This document shows positions 1 to 9,429 of a stretch of DNA of 45,290 bases, one piece after another. Numbering within the stretch: position 1 is the first letter of the stretch; each line of letters opens with the position of its first letter. The position numbers were made by a program, and so were the translations under genes. The notes beneath the pieces were generated by a model. It was not told the origin of the DNA. It worked only from the letters and a program-made list of their open reading frames with translations, and did not search any database. The DNA is from Trueperaceae bacterium (GTDB taxonomy: Bacteria; Deinococcota; Deinococci; Deinococcales; Trueperaceae): positions 1-45,290 of the forward strand of contig JBBDRK010000026.1 of the NCBI GenBank assembly GCA_040905465.1. The letters run 5' to 3'.

Positions 1-561
1 GCCATGGGCCTGAAGTTCGGGCAGGCGCTCGAACAGTTCGGCCTGTATTTCTTCGAGGAGCCCTGCTGGCCCGAAAGCCTCGACGGCCTGGCGATGATCA
101 ACGGCGCCCTGACCACCCCTGTTGCGACCGGCGAGCGGTTGACCAGTCTGGCGGCGTTTCGCGATCTGTTCGCGGCACGAGGCTGTGAGGTGTGCCAACT
201 CGACATCACCCACTGCGGTGGCTTGACCGAAGCACGACGAATAGCAAGTTTGGCGGAGGCCTATCGTATCGCGCTCGCTCCTCACAACCCGCAGGGTCCC
301 GTAAGCACCGCAGCCTCGCTGGAGTTCGGCTTCTCGCAGCCCAGTTACATCATCTGTGAAACCGTTCACGAGGATGTTCCCTGGCGCAGCGACGTGGTGA
401 GCGAGGGGTTCACCGTCGAGACCGAAGGTCGGCTGATAAGACCCAGCCGCCGGCCTGGGCTGGGGATCGAGATCGACGAGAAGGAGGTCGCCAAGCACCC
501 CTTCGAGCAGGAGTTGCCGCAGCGCAGCTTCTATGCCGATGGCGCCGTTGGCGACTGGTAA
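1..561 (+). CDS. dgoD: Enolase-superfamily (mandelate racemase subgroup) acid-sugar dehydratase, galactonate dehydratase-like; 5'-truncated by the window edge
   Basis: The frame is open from base 1. Motifs [20 protein letters not shown] and LAPHNPQGP match the DgoD/MR-MLE C-terminal barrel. The substrate is not provable from motifs. Confidence 0.8.
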   Translation, partial: AMGLKFGQALEQFGLYFFEEPCWPESLDGLAMINGALTTPVATGERLTSLAAFRDLFAARGCEVCQLDITHCGGLTEARRIASLAEAYRIALAPHNPQGPVSTAASLEFGFSQPSYIICETVHEDVPWRSDVVSEGFTVETEGRLIRPSRRPGLGIEIDEKEVAKHPFEQELPQRSFYADGAVGDW

Positions 562-604
562 GCGCCGGATGGACGGCATAGCGGCAGACGACAAGGAGCA
601 CAAC

Positions 605-2020
605 ATGGATCAGACGTCCGGCGTTCGGACGCTTTCGACACCGTTCGGTGGTGCCACTCCGGCATTCAAGGGCAGGCTCGGCGTCGCCAAGGTCGATATT
701 TCGCCGCCGGTGGGTATCTATTCGCGAACCTGGGGCGCGTCCGAGCACGATGTGTCGACGGGCTTGCACCGGCCGTTCTTCGTAACCGCCCTGACGCTTC
801 AGTCGACCGACAACGAACCCCCGTTGGTGTTGGTGGCGTTGGACGGTTCGTGGTGGCAGGACCAGGACGATGAGGCGGCGTTCCGTGGCCGTCTGCTCGA
901 GCGCTTCGGTTTTCCCGCAAGCCATCTCATGGTCAACCTCTCCCATACGCACGCCGGGCCGCCGCTGGTCATGGATAACCAGAACAAGCCCGGAGGCGAG
1001 TATGTCCTCCAATATTTCGAGACGCTCCATCAGGCCACCGCCGAGGCGATAGACCGGGCGTTGGCCGGGGCCCGCGAAGCGGTGCTGTCTTGGACCGAAG
1101 GAAGCTGCGATCTGGCCCGCAACCGGGATCTGGCGGATACCCAGAACAGCCGGTACGTCACCGGTTTCAACCCGTCCGCCGGCGCTGACGCCACCGTTCT
1201 GATTGGGCGGGTTGCCTTGGAATCGGGTGAGACGTTGGCGACGCTGGTGAACTATGCCTGTCATCCCACCACTCTCGCCTGGGAGAACCGACTGTTGTCG
1301 CCCGACTACGTCGGCGCGATGAGAGAGACCGTGGAGTCGCACACGGGCGGAGCCCCTTGCCTCTTCCTTCTCGGTGCCTGCGGAGAACTGGCGCCGGCAC
1401 ACCAATATGTGGGCGACGTAGAGGTGGCGGATGGCCATGGCCGGAGACTCGGTCACAGCGTCTGCGCTGCACTGGAAGGCATGCTCCCGCCACAGCAGGA
1501 GTTGGCGTACCAGGGCGTAGTGGAGTCGGGAGCTCCACTGGGCATCTGGCGGCCCGAAAGAGTCGAGCCGGCTCACGCGAGTATCGAGCCGGTTATGAGT
1601 GAGGTTCCGATCGGGATAAAGAACGATCTGCCCAGTGTGCAGGAACTGTCTGCTGAGCTTGCGGCTTGTGAGGACCCGGTCTTGCGCGAAAGGCTTCAGC
1701 GCAAGCTCAGGCTGAGGAGGTCGATAGGGGAGGAGCAGATCTACAGGTTGCCGGTCTGGTTATGCCGCGCAGGCCAAACACTTTTCGTCGGCGCGCCCGT
1801 GGAGGCGTACTCAGCCTGGCAGATTGCGCTGCGCGAGGCCTTCCCTTCCCACGCGGTCGTGGTAATGAACCTGGTCAATGGGGCGCTCGGCTACCTGCCC
1901 CCCAGCCACCTCTATCAACACGATATCTACAGCGTGTGGCAGACGCCTTTCGACCAAGGCGGCCTCGAGTCGCTCCTGGAGCGAACCGTTAGCGAAGCTC
2001 GCAGACTCATCGAACCGTAG
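605..2020 (+). CDS. Neutral/alkaline ceramidase N-terminal-domain family protein (putative Zn amidohydrolase)
   Basis: Motifs GVAKVDISPP, SHTHAGP, NYACHP, SPDYVG and FLLGACGE. ATG 605 follows the RBS AAGGAG (593-598); the ORF-track start at 533 overlaps the upstream gene. Confidence 0.8.
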   Translation: MDQTSGVRTLSTPFGGATPAFKGRLGVAKVDISPPVGIYSRTWGASEHDVSTGLHRPFFVTALTLQSTDNEPPLVLVALDGSWWQDQDDEAAFRGRLLERFGFPASHLMVNLSHTHAGPPLVMDNQNKPGGEYVLQYFETLHQATAEAIDRALAGAREAVLSWTEGSCDLARNRDLADTQNSRYVTGFNPSAGADATVLIGRVALESGETLATLVNYACHPTTLAWENRLLSPDYVGAMRETVESHTGGAPCLFLLGACGELAPAHQYVGDVEVADGHGRRLGHSVCAALEGMLPPQQELAYQGVVESGAPLGIWRPERVEPAHASIEPVMSEVPIGIKNDLPSVQELSAELAACEDPVLRERLQRKLRLRRSIGEEQIYRLPVWLCRAGQTLFVGAPVEAYSAWQIALREAFPSHAVVVMNLVNGALGYLPPSHLYQHDIYSVWQTPFDQGGLESLLERTVSEARRLIEP

Positions 2021-2061
2021 CAACGCGACCTAGCCATCCAACCTAAGGAGGGTGTGAACCA

Positions 2062-2874
2062 ATGAAGATCATCCGGGGTATCACCGAGCAGGGAGACATC
2101 GTGCAGGCGGAGCTGAGGGAGGACGGTCGGGCGTTCGAGCTGCAAGGCGATATCTTCTCCGACTACCGCGTGACCGAGCGGACGGTAAATATCCGTAAAC
2201 TGCTTGCCCCTGTCGTTCCCGCGCAGATCCTGGGCATCGGGTTGAACTACCGAAGGCACGCTGCGGAGTCGGGGGCGCCTGTACCTGAGTTCCCGGTGCT
2301 CTTCATAAAGGGGCCGAACACGCTTCAGGACCCGGAAGAACCGATACTGATTCCCACGCATCTGCAGACCAGCGAGGTCGACTACGAGGCCGAACTCGCC
2401 GTGGTGATCGGGAGGGACTGCAAGAACGTCTCGCGCGACGAAGCGCTCGACTTCGTGCTCGGCTACACCTGCGCAAACGATGTGAGTGCCCGTGACTGGC
2501 AACTGAAACGGGGCGGCGGCCAGTGGAGTCGCGGAAAATACTTCGACACATTCTGCCCCTTCGGACCCAGCTTGGTGGTCGATGAGATCGACGACCCGAA
2601 CTCGCTTGGGATCCGAACGATCCTCAACGACGAGGTCGTCCAGGACTGGAACACCAACGACATGATCTTCGATGTTCCCGCGCTGATCGCGTTCCTGTCC
2701 GCTAGCACTACCCTTCCTGCCGGCACTGCGATACTGACCGGTACACCTCACGGGGTGGGCATGGCGGCTGACCCACAACGCTGGTTGCGAAGCGGCGACG
2801 TCGTCCAGATAGAGATTGAGCGGATCGGGGTGCTCACTAATCCTGTGCTGGACGAGCCCAACTCGTCTGCATAG
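2062..2874 (+). CDS. Fumarylacetoacetate (FAH) hydrolase family protein
   Basis: Motifs IGLNYRRH, DYEAELAVVIG, NDVSARDWQ, RGKYFDTF and ILTGTP; strong RBS AAGGAGG upstream. Confidence 0.92.
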   Translation: MKIIRGITEQGDIVQAELREDGRAFELQGDIFSDYRVTERTVNIRKLLAPVVPAQILGIGLNYRRHAAESGAPVPEFPVLFIKGPNTLQDPEEPILIPTHLQTSEVDYEAELAVVIGRDCKNVSRDEALDFVLGYTCANDVSARDWQLKRGGGQWSRGKYFDTFCPFGPSLVVDEIDDPNSLGIRTILNDEVVQDWNTNDMIFDVPALIAFLSASTTLPAGTAILTGTPHGVGMAADPQRWLRSGDVVQIEIERIGVLTNPVLDEPNSSA

Positions 2875-3343
2875 AAGAGGCGCACCAACGATGCACGACG
2901 TTGATACGCCCAATGGAGCCCACGGCGAGACGTTTCACGCCGGCATCGGATGTTCGGGCGGCCTGCTGGCAGAGAGAAGCCAGTCTATTCGTGGCGTACG
3001 CAGCGGAGGCGTTCGTCTGCGAGCACGGCAGGTCGTCGAACGAGATCGTCAATTCGTTCGATCTCGATACCGACCATGACCTGGAGGAACCGTACTTTCT
3101 GCGTGTGATCCAGCCAGCTTCGGCCGTTGTCCGACCACGTTTCCCGACCCGGAAAATCAGGCCGTAGGTTACGGCGAAGAGTGCCAGCAGGACGGCGAGA
3201 TCGCGGGGCTTGTGGCCGAGGCGTAGCAACGGCGTAACCCGGTCGTTCCCGACCAACGTGCCCGATAGGGCACCTGGCGTGCCCCGTTCCGGCCAAGTCT
3301 CAGGTTCAGCAGCAGTACCAGAAGCCCTAACGCGGGGCCCCGC

Positions 3344-3372
3344 TTGACAGGCGGGGCAGCTTACTGTATTAA
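3344..3372 (+). promoter_or_regulatory. Sigma70-type promoter of the ROK/GH31 operon
   Basis: Perfect TTGACA (3344-3349), a 17-nt spacer, then TATTAA (3367-3372), in an AT-rich patch upstream of 3421. Confidence 0.65.
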
Positions 3373-3394
3373 TTGATTAACAAAACGAACGAAT
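3372..3394. promoter_or_regulatory. Putative ROK-family operator
   Basis: ATTGATT-N9-AACGAAT is a 23-bp quasi-palindrome with the TT-N9-AA core of NagC/Mlc/XylR operators. It overlaps the predicted +1 of the ROK gene. Confidence 0.55.
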
Positions 3395-3420
3395 AGGCGC
3401 GCCGAAAGGAAGTCACCGTT

Positions 3421-4644
3421 TTGGCTCCATCTGCATCCAATGCCCTTGGCCGTGAACAGATTCGCTCGCTCAACCAGAGCGCAGTCCTGAACGCGATTCA
3501 CCGCCATGGCCGCATCTCGCGCACCGACCTGGCAGCCGAGCTTCGTCTCAGTCCGGCCGCGGTTTCCGCCATAACCGCCACCTTCATCGAGGCGGGACTG
3601 GTGATCGAAGCCGAAGTGGGAACCTCTTCATCCGTCGGTCGCAAGCCGATCCTGCTCGAAATCGATTACGAGCACGCATATGTATTCGGCGTAAAGGTAG
3701 CCAGTCACTCGCTGACCACCGCAATCACCAACCTCAGGGCGGAGCCGGTGGAGGTGCGGACGGACATGCTCGACAGCCTCGATGCGAACGGCGTGATATC
3801 CGCGATAGCGACATCAGTGGAGCGGCTGATCGCCTCCACCGGCGTCTCGACCGATCGGGCGATCGGTCTGGGAGTGAGCCTGCCCGGCATAGTCGAGCAG
3901 AAGACCGGCAGAGTCCGCTATTCCCCGCTTCTCGACTGGTACCAGGTTCCGTTCGCCGAAAGGCTGGGCGAGCGGCTCGCCCTGCCGGTTCTGATCGAGA
4001 ACGACGTCAATGCGCTTGCTGCCGCCCAGGCCTGGTTCGGCCACGGACAGCAGCACGACTCGTTCCTGGTGTTGACACTCGGCCGCGGCGTGGGGTTGGG
4101 CATCGTCGTGGGCGGCCAGGTCTATCGCGGACCCCGCGGCGGCGCCGGGGAGGTGGGACATATCTCGGTAACCCCCGCCAACCCGCGGGTAATGACGGCC
4201 GGCCGGGGCACGCTGGAAGGTTTCCTCAGCGACGCCAGGCTTGCCGAGCAGGCCCGCGCCGCGGGCGTGGATTTGCTCCCGAGTGCCGCTCCGGAGCGCT
4301 TGACCGAACTGGCTAGCGAGGGCGACCCTCTCGCCTTGGCACTGTTCCAGGACGCCGGCGATCTTCTGGGCTCGGCGCTCGCCAACCTCGTCAACATCTT
4401 CGCTCCCAGCCTGGTCGTGTTGAGCGGTGAGGGGACACGGAACGCCCGGTTCTTCATGCCGGCGCTGGAGGAGGCTTTGCAGGCGTATAGCTTCGGCGAC
4501 GTCGCCGAGGGCCTGGAGCTGGTAGTCGACGACTGGGGTGACGACGCCTGGGCACGCGGCGCCGCCGGTCTGGCCGCGGCCCGCTTCCTCGCCGAAGCCG
4601 CCGTTTCGCACGATTCCACTTCCGCCCCGCGCATCGGGTCTTGA
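3421..4644 (+). CDS. ROK-family transcriptional repressor
   Basis: N-terminal wHTH (ISRTDLAAELRLSPAAVS, GRKP) and ROK motifs GVSLPG, IENDVNA and GEVGH; TTG start. Confidence 0.92.
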   Translation: MAPSASNALGREQIRSLNQSAVLNAIHRHGRISRTDLAAELRLSPAAVSAITATFIEAGLVIEAEVGTSSSVGRKPILLEIDYEHAYVFGVKVASHSLTTAITNLRAEPVEVRTDMLDSLDANGVISAIATSVERLIASTGVSTDRAIGLGVSLPGIVEQKTGRVRYSPLLDWYQVPFAERLGERLALPVLIENDVNALAAAQAWFGHGQQHDSFLVLTLGRGVGLGIVVGGQVYRGPRGGAGEVGHISVTPANPRVMTAGRGTLEGFLSDARLAEQARAAGVDLLPSAAPERLTELASEGDPLALALFQDAGDLLGSALANLVNIFAPSLVVLSGEGTRNARFFMPALEEALQAYSFGDVAEGLELVVDDWGDDAWARGAAGLAAARFLAEAAVSHDSTSAPRIGS

Positions 4645-4748
4645 ACCGTTCGACGCCGCGCCGCGGCAGCATCGGAAGGAGGTTGGCGACCACCCAGCCT
4701 TACCGTCCCTGACGGCCGAATCTCTCTGCACTCCTCGAGGAGGATGCC

Positions 4749-6002
4749 ATGAATACCCTGAAATCGCACGCCGGCAAAGTCGTCACCACCCTGTTGCTCG
4801 TACTCGGCCTGACGGGCGGCACAGCCCTGGGCCAGACGATCGACTACTTCTCGTTCACCGCCGGGGCAGACCAGATCGATGCGCTCGAGCACCTCATCGA
4901 GACCTTCGAGGCCGAGAACCCTGGCATCACCATCAACTACAACACTGCCGACTTCGGCTCCTACTTCACCAAGCTGCAAACCGACTTCGCAGCCGGTAAC
5001 GCCCCGGATGTCTTCGAGCTCAACTACGAGAACTTCGTGACCTTCGCATCGCGCGACACACTGCTGCCGCTCGGCGATCACATCTCGGCCAGCCAGAGCA
5101 TCAGCGAAGGCACCTTCTACCCGGCCGCCCTCGAAGCGTTCAGCCGCGACGGCGTCCAGTACGGCCTGCCCATCACATTCTCGACGGTGCTGCTCTTCTA
5201 CAACCAGGACATGTTCGATGCTGCCGGCGTGAGCTATCCGGATGCCAGTTGGACCTGGGATGACGTCATCGCAGCCGCAGAGCAGCTCACCGATTCCGAC
5301 AACCGCGTATGGGGCATCCATCAGCCGGTCCAGTTCTGGGAGTTCTACAAGGCGGCCGCCCAGGCAGGCGGCGGCCTCACCGTCAGCCCCGAAGTGCAGA
5401 TCGACTCACCCGAAAACCGCGAAGCGCTCCACTACCTGGTCGACAAGCTTGCCGTCCACGGAGTCATGCCCTCGGCCGCCGAGATGAGCGGCGCCGGCGA
5501 CACCGACCTCTTCGCCAACCAGCAGATCGGCATGATCCTCACCGGCATCTGGATGTTCGACTTCTTCATCCAGAACGCCGACTTCAACTGGGACGTGGCC
5601 ATCGAGCCGGGCGGCGCCCAGAAGGCAACGCACTTCTTCTCCAACGCCGCGGTGGTATCGAGGACCAGCGACAATGCCGACGCCGCCTTCAAATGGGTGG
5701 AGTTCCTGGCCGCTCACCCCGAGACCGTGGCGACTCGCATAGAAGAGTCGTGGGAGCTCTCGGCCCTCTCGCTCGAACACGGTGAAGCCGCCGAAGCGTA
5801 CCTGTCGCAACCGGTGCCTGCCAATCGCGAGGCCGTCTTCGAGTCGCTGCGGTATGCGGTGACCCCGCCGGTCCTGGAGAACCAGCAGCAGCTAACCGAC
5901 ATCGTCAACCAGGAGCTCGAATCCGCGCTGTTGGGCCAGAAGACCGTCGAGGAAGCACTCGCCAGCGCGCAGGAGCGCGTCGAAGACCTCGTCAACGAGT
6001 AA
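4749..6002 (+). CDS. Carbohydrate ABC transporter substrate-binding protein (CUT1)
   Basis: Signal peptide; motifs AAGNAPDVF, YGLP, LFYNQDMFDAAG and WTWDD; RBS GAGGAGG. Confidence 0.92.
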   Translation: MNTLKSHAGKVVTTLLLVLGLTGGTALGQTIDYFSFTAGADQIDALEHLIETFEAENPGITINYNTADFGSYFTKLQTDFAAGNAPDVFELNYENFVTFASRDTLLPLGDHISASQSISEGTFYPAALEAFSRDGVQYGLPITFSTVLLFYNQDMFDAAGVSYPDASWTWDDVIAAAEQLTDSDNRVWGIHQPVQFWEFYKAAAQAGGGLTVSPEVQIDSPENREALHYLVDKLAVHGVMPSAAEMSGAGDTDLFANQQIGMILTGIWMFDFFIQNADFNWDVAIEPGGAQKATHFFSNAAVVSRTSDNADAAFKWVEFLAAHPETVATRIEESWELSALSLEHGEAAEAYLSQPVPANREAVFESLRYAVTPPVLENQQQLTDIVNQELESALLGQKTVEEALASAQERVEDLVNE

Positions 6003-6035
6003 ACACTCGCGGAACCCAGCAAGAGGAGTTGCGGC

Positions 6036-8486
6036 ATGATCATCCACCGGCCCTACGGCATCGACGACCCTTACAAGCGGCTTCCGACCGAGCGGTTCCC
6101 CCGTGATCCGCTCCCCGGAGAGGCCGTAACGGTGGGCTTCGAAACGGCCGAGCGGGCATCGCGAGCCTGGCTGATCGTTACCGGCGGTTCCGAGGACCAG
6201 CGAGAGGGCCACTGCTTGCCGGCCCTCTCGCTCGGTCGGGGCCGCTGGATAGCCGAGCTCGGCGCCGTCGATACGGGAAGCTACGGCTACCGTATCCGTG
6301 CCGAGATCGACGGAAAGGAGGAGACCAGCGAGGAGTACTCCTTCGATGTAGGCCGCTGGATAGAGGTGACCGGCGTGGAGGTCGCCACCGTGGACAGCGT
6401 CGACGGCGAAGGGGTCGAACTGGAAGACGGCGTCAGCCTGACTCTTCAGACCACCGGTCGACCCGCACTACTGTCGCTTTCCTTCCCTATCGCCGGCGTG
6501 TGCCGCTCCGAGTACCTGATCGGCGGGGCGGCCCCAGACCGCCAGCACGGATTGCCCTGTGCCGTCAGCCGCCAGGGTCCGCTGACGATCGTCTCCGCCT
6601 CGGGCATCGTGCTCACCATCGACAGCCAGAGCCTGGCGATCTCGGCGTCCACGCCCGGCGCATCGCAACCGTCCTTTCGTGGCAACCTTCGCGCACGCTG
6701 GCTGATCGATTCCTTTGAACGCATCTCCAGAGTGGAAGCGTCGTTCGATTCCCAGCCCGACGAGTGGCTCTACGGCCTGGGCGAGCGCTTCACCGATGCC
6801 GACCGCCGCGGCCAGGAGTGGGACGTTCGCGTATACGAGGAGTATCAGGAACAAGGGAAGAGGACCTACCTGCCGGTACCGTTCCTCGTTTCCAACCGCA
6901 ACTACGGCCTCTGGCTCGACTCCCAGGAGCCCAGCCATTTCGACCTTCGTGCTTCAGGGGACAGCTGCCGCAAGTGCACCATCACCCGCGAGCTCCTCCC
7001 CACCGCCTCTGCCTCGCTCCCACTTCATATCTTCGTAGGCGAAGCGGCTTACGGCATCACCTCCAGCTTCACGAAGCTAACCGGGGAAATCCGGGTGCCG
7101 CCCAAGTGGGCGTTCGGACCGTGGATGTCGGCGAATACCTGGAACAGCCAGGCCAAGGCCGAGGAGGTGGTAAGGCGCACCGTCGAGGAGGGCGTGCCGG
7201 CTTCGGTGATAGTCCTCGAGGCCTGGAGCGACGAGTCCACCTTCTATATCTGGAACGACGCGCAATATCAGCCGAAGCCGAACGGCGAGCCCCTGACGCT
7301 GGGCGATTTCGAGTTCGGAGGGCGCTGGCCCGATCCGAAACGGCTGATCGACTACTGTCACGAGCACGAGATCAGAGTGGTGCTCTGGCAGATCCCGGTT
7401 CAGAAAAAGCTGCTGGAGTCTCACGAGCAGCACGACCTCGATGAGGCGCACATGCTCGCCAACGACTACTTCATCCGCAACGAGGACGGCACTCCTTACC
7501 GAAACAAGGGCTGGTGGTTCACCGACGCGCTGGTCGTCGATTTCACCAACCCCGAGGCAGGCGAGTGGTGGTTCGGCAAGCGCCGCTATCTTTTCGACCA
7601 GTTGGGTATCGACGGCATGAAGACCGACGGCGGAGAGCACCTGTGGGGTCGCGACCTCCGGTCGTTCGACGGCCGCCGCGGCCTGGAACTGTTCAACAGC
7701 TACGCGAATATCTACGTGGAGGCCTATCACGAGTTCATCCGGAAGGTCACCGGCGATGACGGCGTCACCTTCTCCCGCGCCGGGTACACCGGCGCCCAGC
7801 GCTGGCCCTGCCACTGGGCCGGTGACGAGGGCAGCACCTGGAAGGCCTATCGGGCGTCGATCCAGGCCGGACTGTCGGCCGGCCTCAGCGGCATCAGCAT
7901 GTGGGCCTGGGACATCGCCGGATTCAGCGGCGAGATCCCCTCGCCCGAGCTTTACCTGCGCGCCACGGCCATGGCTGCCTTCTGCCCGCTCATGCAGTAC
8001 CACTCAGAGCCGCACGGTGCCAGCGAGTGCCGTGATCGCACGCCCTGGAACGTCGCCGAGCGCCACAACGATCCGACAGTACTCGACATCTACCGTCGCT
8101 ACGCCCGGCTCCGCATGTGCTTGCTGGATTACATCCACTCCGAGGCGCAAACACTCAGGTCCCAGGGCGTGCCGCTGATGCGCTACCCGGCACTCGAGTT
8201 CCAGCAGCAGCACGACTTTCTCGCCGGGGACCCGTTCGCATACCTGTTGGGCCGCGACCTGCTGGTAGCGCCCGTGGTGGAAAAGGGTGTGTCGACGCGC
8301 GAGGTGCGCCTGCCGAACGGTGACTGGCGCGATCTCTGGTCGGGAACGCGACTGCGAGGCGGGCGAGTCGTCACGGTACCGGCCCCCATCGACCGCATTC
8401 CGGCCTTCGTTCGCGCCGACAGTCCGCGAGCCTCTGATCTCCTGAGCGCCGCTGAGTCGTTCTACGGTCAAGCGGTCGTGAAGTAG
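6036..8486 (+). CDS. GH31 glycoside hydrolase, 1,3-alpha-isomaltosidase (cycloalternan/CNN-degrading)-like
   Basis: Motifs YGLGE, YLPVPF, WMSANTWN and LEAWSDE, nucleophile motif MKTDGGE, acid/base motif HWAGD, MQYHSE. The N-terminus HRPYGIDDPY..ERFPRDP is typical of this subfamily. No signal peptide. Confidence 0.88.
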   Translation: MIIHRPYGIDDPYKRLPTERFPRDPLPGEAVTVGFETAERASRAWLIVTGGSEDQREGHCLPALSLGRGRWIAELGAVDTGSYGYRIRAEIDGKEETSEEYSFDVGRWIEVTGVEVATVDSVDGEGVELEDGVSLTLQTTGRPALLSLSFPIAGVCRSEYLIGGAAPDRQHGLPCAVSRQGPLTIVSASGIVLTIDSQSLAISASTPGASQPSFRGNLRARWLIDSFERISRVEASFDSQPDEWLYGLGERFTDADRRGQEWDVRVYEEYQEQGKRTYLPVPFLVSNRNYGLWLDSQEPSHFDLRASGDSCRKCTITRELLPTASASLPLHIFVGEAAYGITSSFTKLTGEIRVPPKWAFGPWMSANTWNSQAKAEEVVRRTVEEGVPASVIVLEAWSDESTFYIWNDAQYQPKPNGEPLTLGDFEFGGRWPDPKRLIDYCHEHEIRVVLWQIPVQKKLLESHEQHDLDEAHMLANDYFIRNEDGTPYRNKGWWFTDALVVDFTNPEAGEWWFGKRRYLFDQLGIDGMKTDGGEHLWGRDLRSFDGRRGLELFNSYANIYVEAYHEFIRKVTGDDGVTFSRAGYTGAQRWPCHWAGDEGSTWKAYRASIQAGLSAGLSGISMWAWDIAGFSGEIPSPELYLRATAMAAFCPLMQYHSEPHGASECRDRTPWNVAERHNDPTVLDIYRRYARLRMCLLDYIHSEAQTLRSQGVPLMRYPALEFQQQHDFLAGDPFAYLLGRDLLVAPVVEKGVSTREVRLPNGDWRDLWSGTRLRGGRVVTVPAPIDRIPAFVRADSPRASDLLSAAESFYGQAVVK

Positions 8487-8495
8487 GGGAGGCCG

Positions 8496-9365
8496 ATGTA
8501 CGAGCGCGGCTGGAAAAGGTATGCGATTCTGGCGCTCTTCCTGGGGCCCAGCCTGGTGGGAACAATGATCTTCTCGCTCGGTCCGATATTCGCGGCGCTA
8601 GGCCTGTCGTTCACCAACTGGGACATGCTGACACCGGCTGAATTCGTGGGCCTTGCGAATTTCCGCCGCATGTTCGGAGATGCCGAGTTCTGGGCCACGC
8701 TGCGCCACACCATCACCTTCCTCGTCGGCTACGTGCCGCTGGTACTGGTGGCCGGTCTGGCTGTGGCAGTGCTGATGAACCGGCAACTTCCGGCGCGCAG
8801 CATCTTCCGGGCCATGTACTTCCTGCCGGTGGTCACCTCCTGGGTGGCGGTGGCACTGGTTTGGAAATGGCTGTTCAACCCGACCTTCGGGCTCGTCAAC
8901 ACGCTGCTGGGTTTCATCGGCATCTCCGGTCCCTCCTGGCTCTTCGACCCGAACTGGGCGATGCCTGCGGTGATCCTCACCAGCGTCTGGAAGGACACCG
9001 GGTTCGTTATGATCATCCTTCTCGCCGCCCTGCAGGGCATCCCTCGCGAGTACGAGGAGGCGGCGAGCATCGACGGGGCGACCGCTTTCCAGCGGCTCGT
9101 GCACGTGAAGCTGCCGCTCCTGAGCCCGGCGATCTTCTTCGCTCTCAGTATCAGCCTGATCAACTCGTTCCAGGTGTTCGACCAGGTCTACGTCATGACC
9201 CAGGGCGGCCCCGCTGGCGCCACCACGGTGTTGGTCGAGCGGATCGTCGCCAACGCATTTTCCTACAGCCGAATGGGCCATGCCTCGGCGATGTCGATGG
9301 TGCTGTTCGTGATGATCTTCTGCACCACCTTCCTCTTCTATCGACTGCGGAGGTGGCAGGTGTGA
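8496..9365 (+). CDS. Carbohydrate ABC transporter permease (MalF/UgpA-like)
   Basis: Hydrophobic helices, FVGLANF, EAA loop EEAASIDGA, FQVFDQVYVMTQGGP. Confidence 0.93.
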   Translation: MYERGWKRYAILALFLGPSLVGTMIFSLGPIFAALGLSFTNWDMLTPAEFVGLANFRRMFGDAEFWATLRHTITFLVGYVPLVLVAGLAVAVLMNRQLPARSIFRAMYFLPVVTSWVAVALVWKWLFNPTFGLVNTLLGFIGISGPSWLFDPNWAMPAVILTSVWKDTGFVMIILLAALQGIPREYEEAASIDGATAFQRLVHVKLPLLSPAIFFALSISLINSFQVFDQVYVMTQGGPAGATTVLVERIVANAFSYSRMGHASAMSMVLFVMIFCTTFLFYRLRRWQV

Positions 9366-9429
9366 TTGGCGTCTACTCGAGCTCGTACCTGGGTCCTGAC
9401 GAGAAGGGCACCGAGTCTACCGCCGCCGC

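Noticed and set aside
410-1576. Long antisense or alternative-frame ORFs (e.g. 410-1576, 4122-5321, 27386-28714, 31121-32449, 35995-37416, 41816-43552)
   Set aside because: These are shadow ORFs of well-supported genes in high-GC DNA, with no recognisable motifs or RBS.
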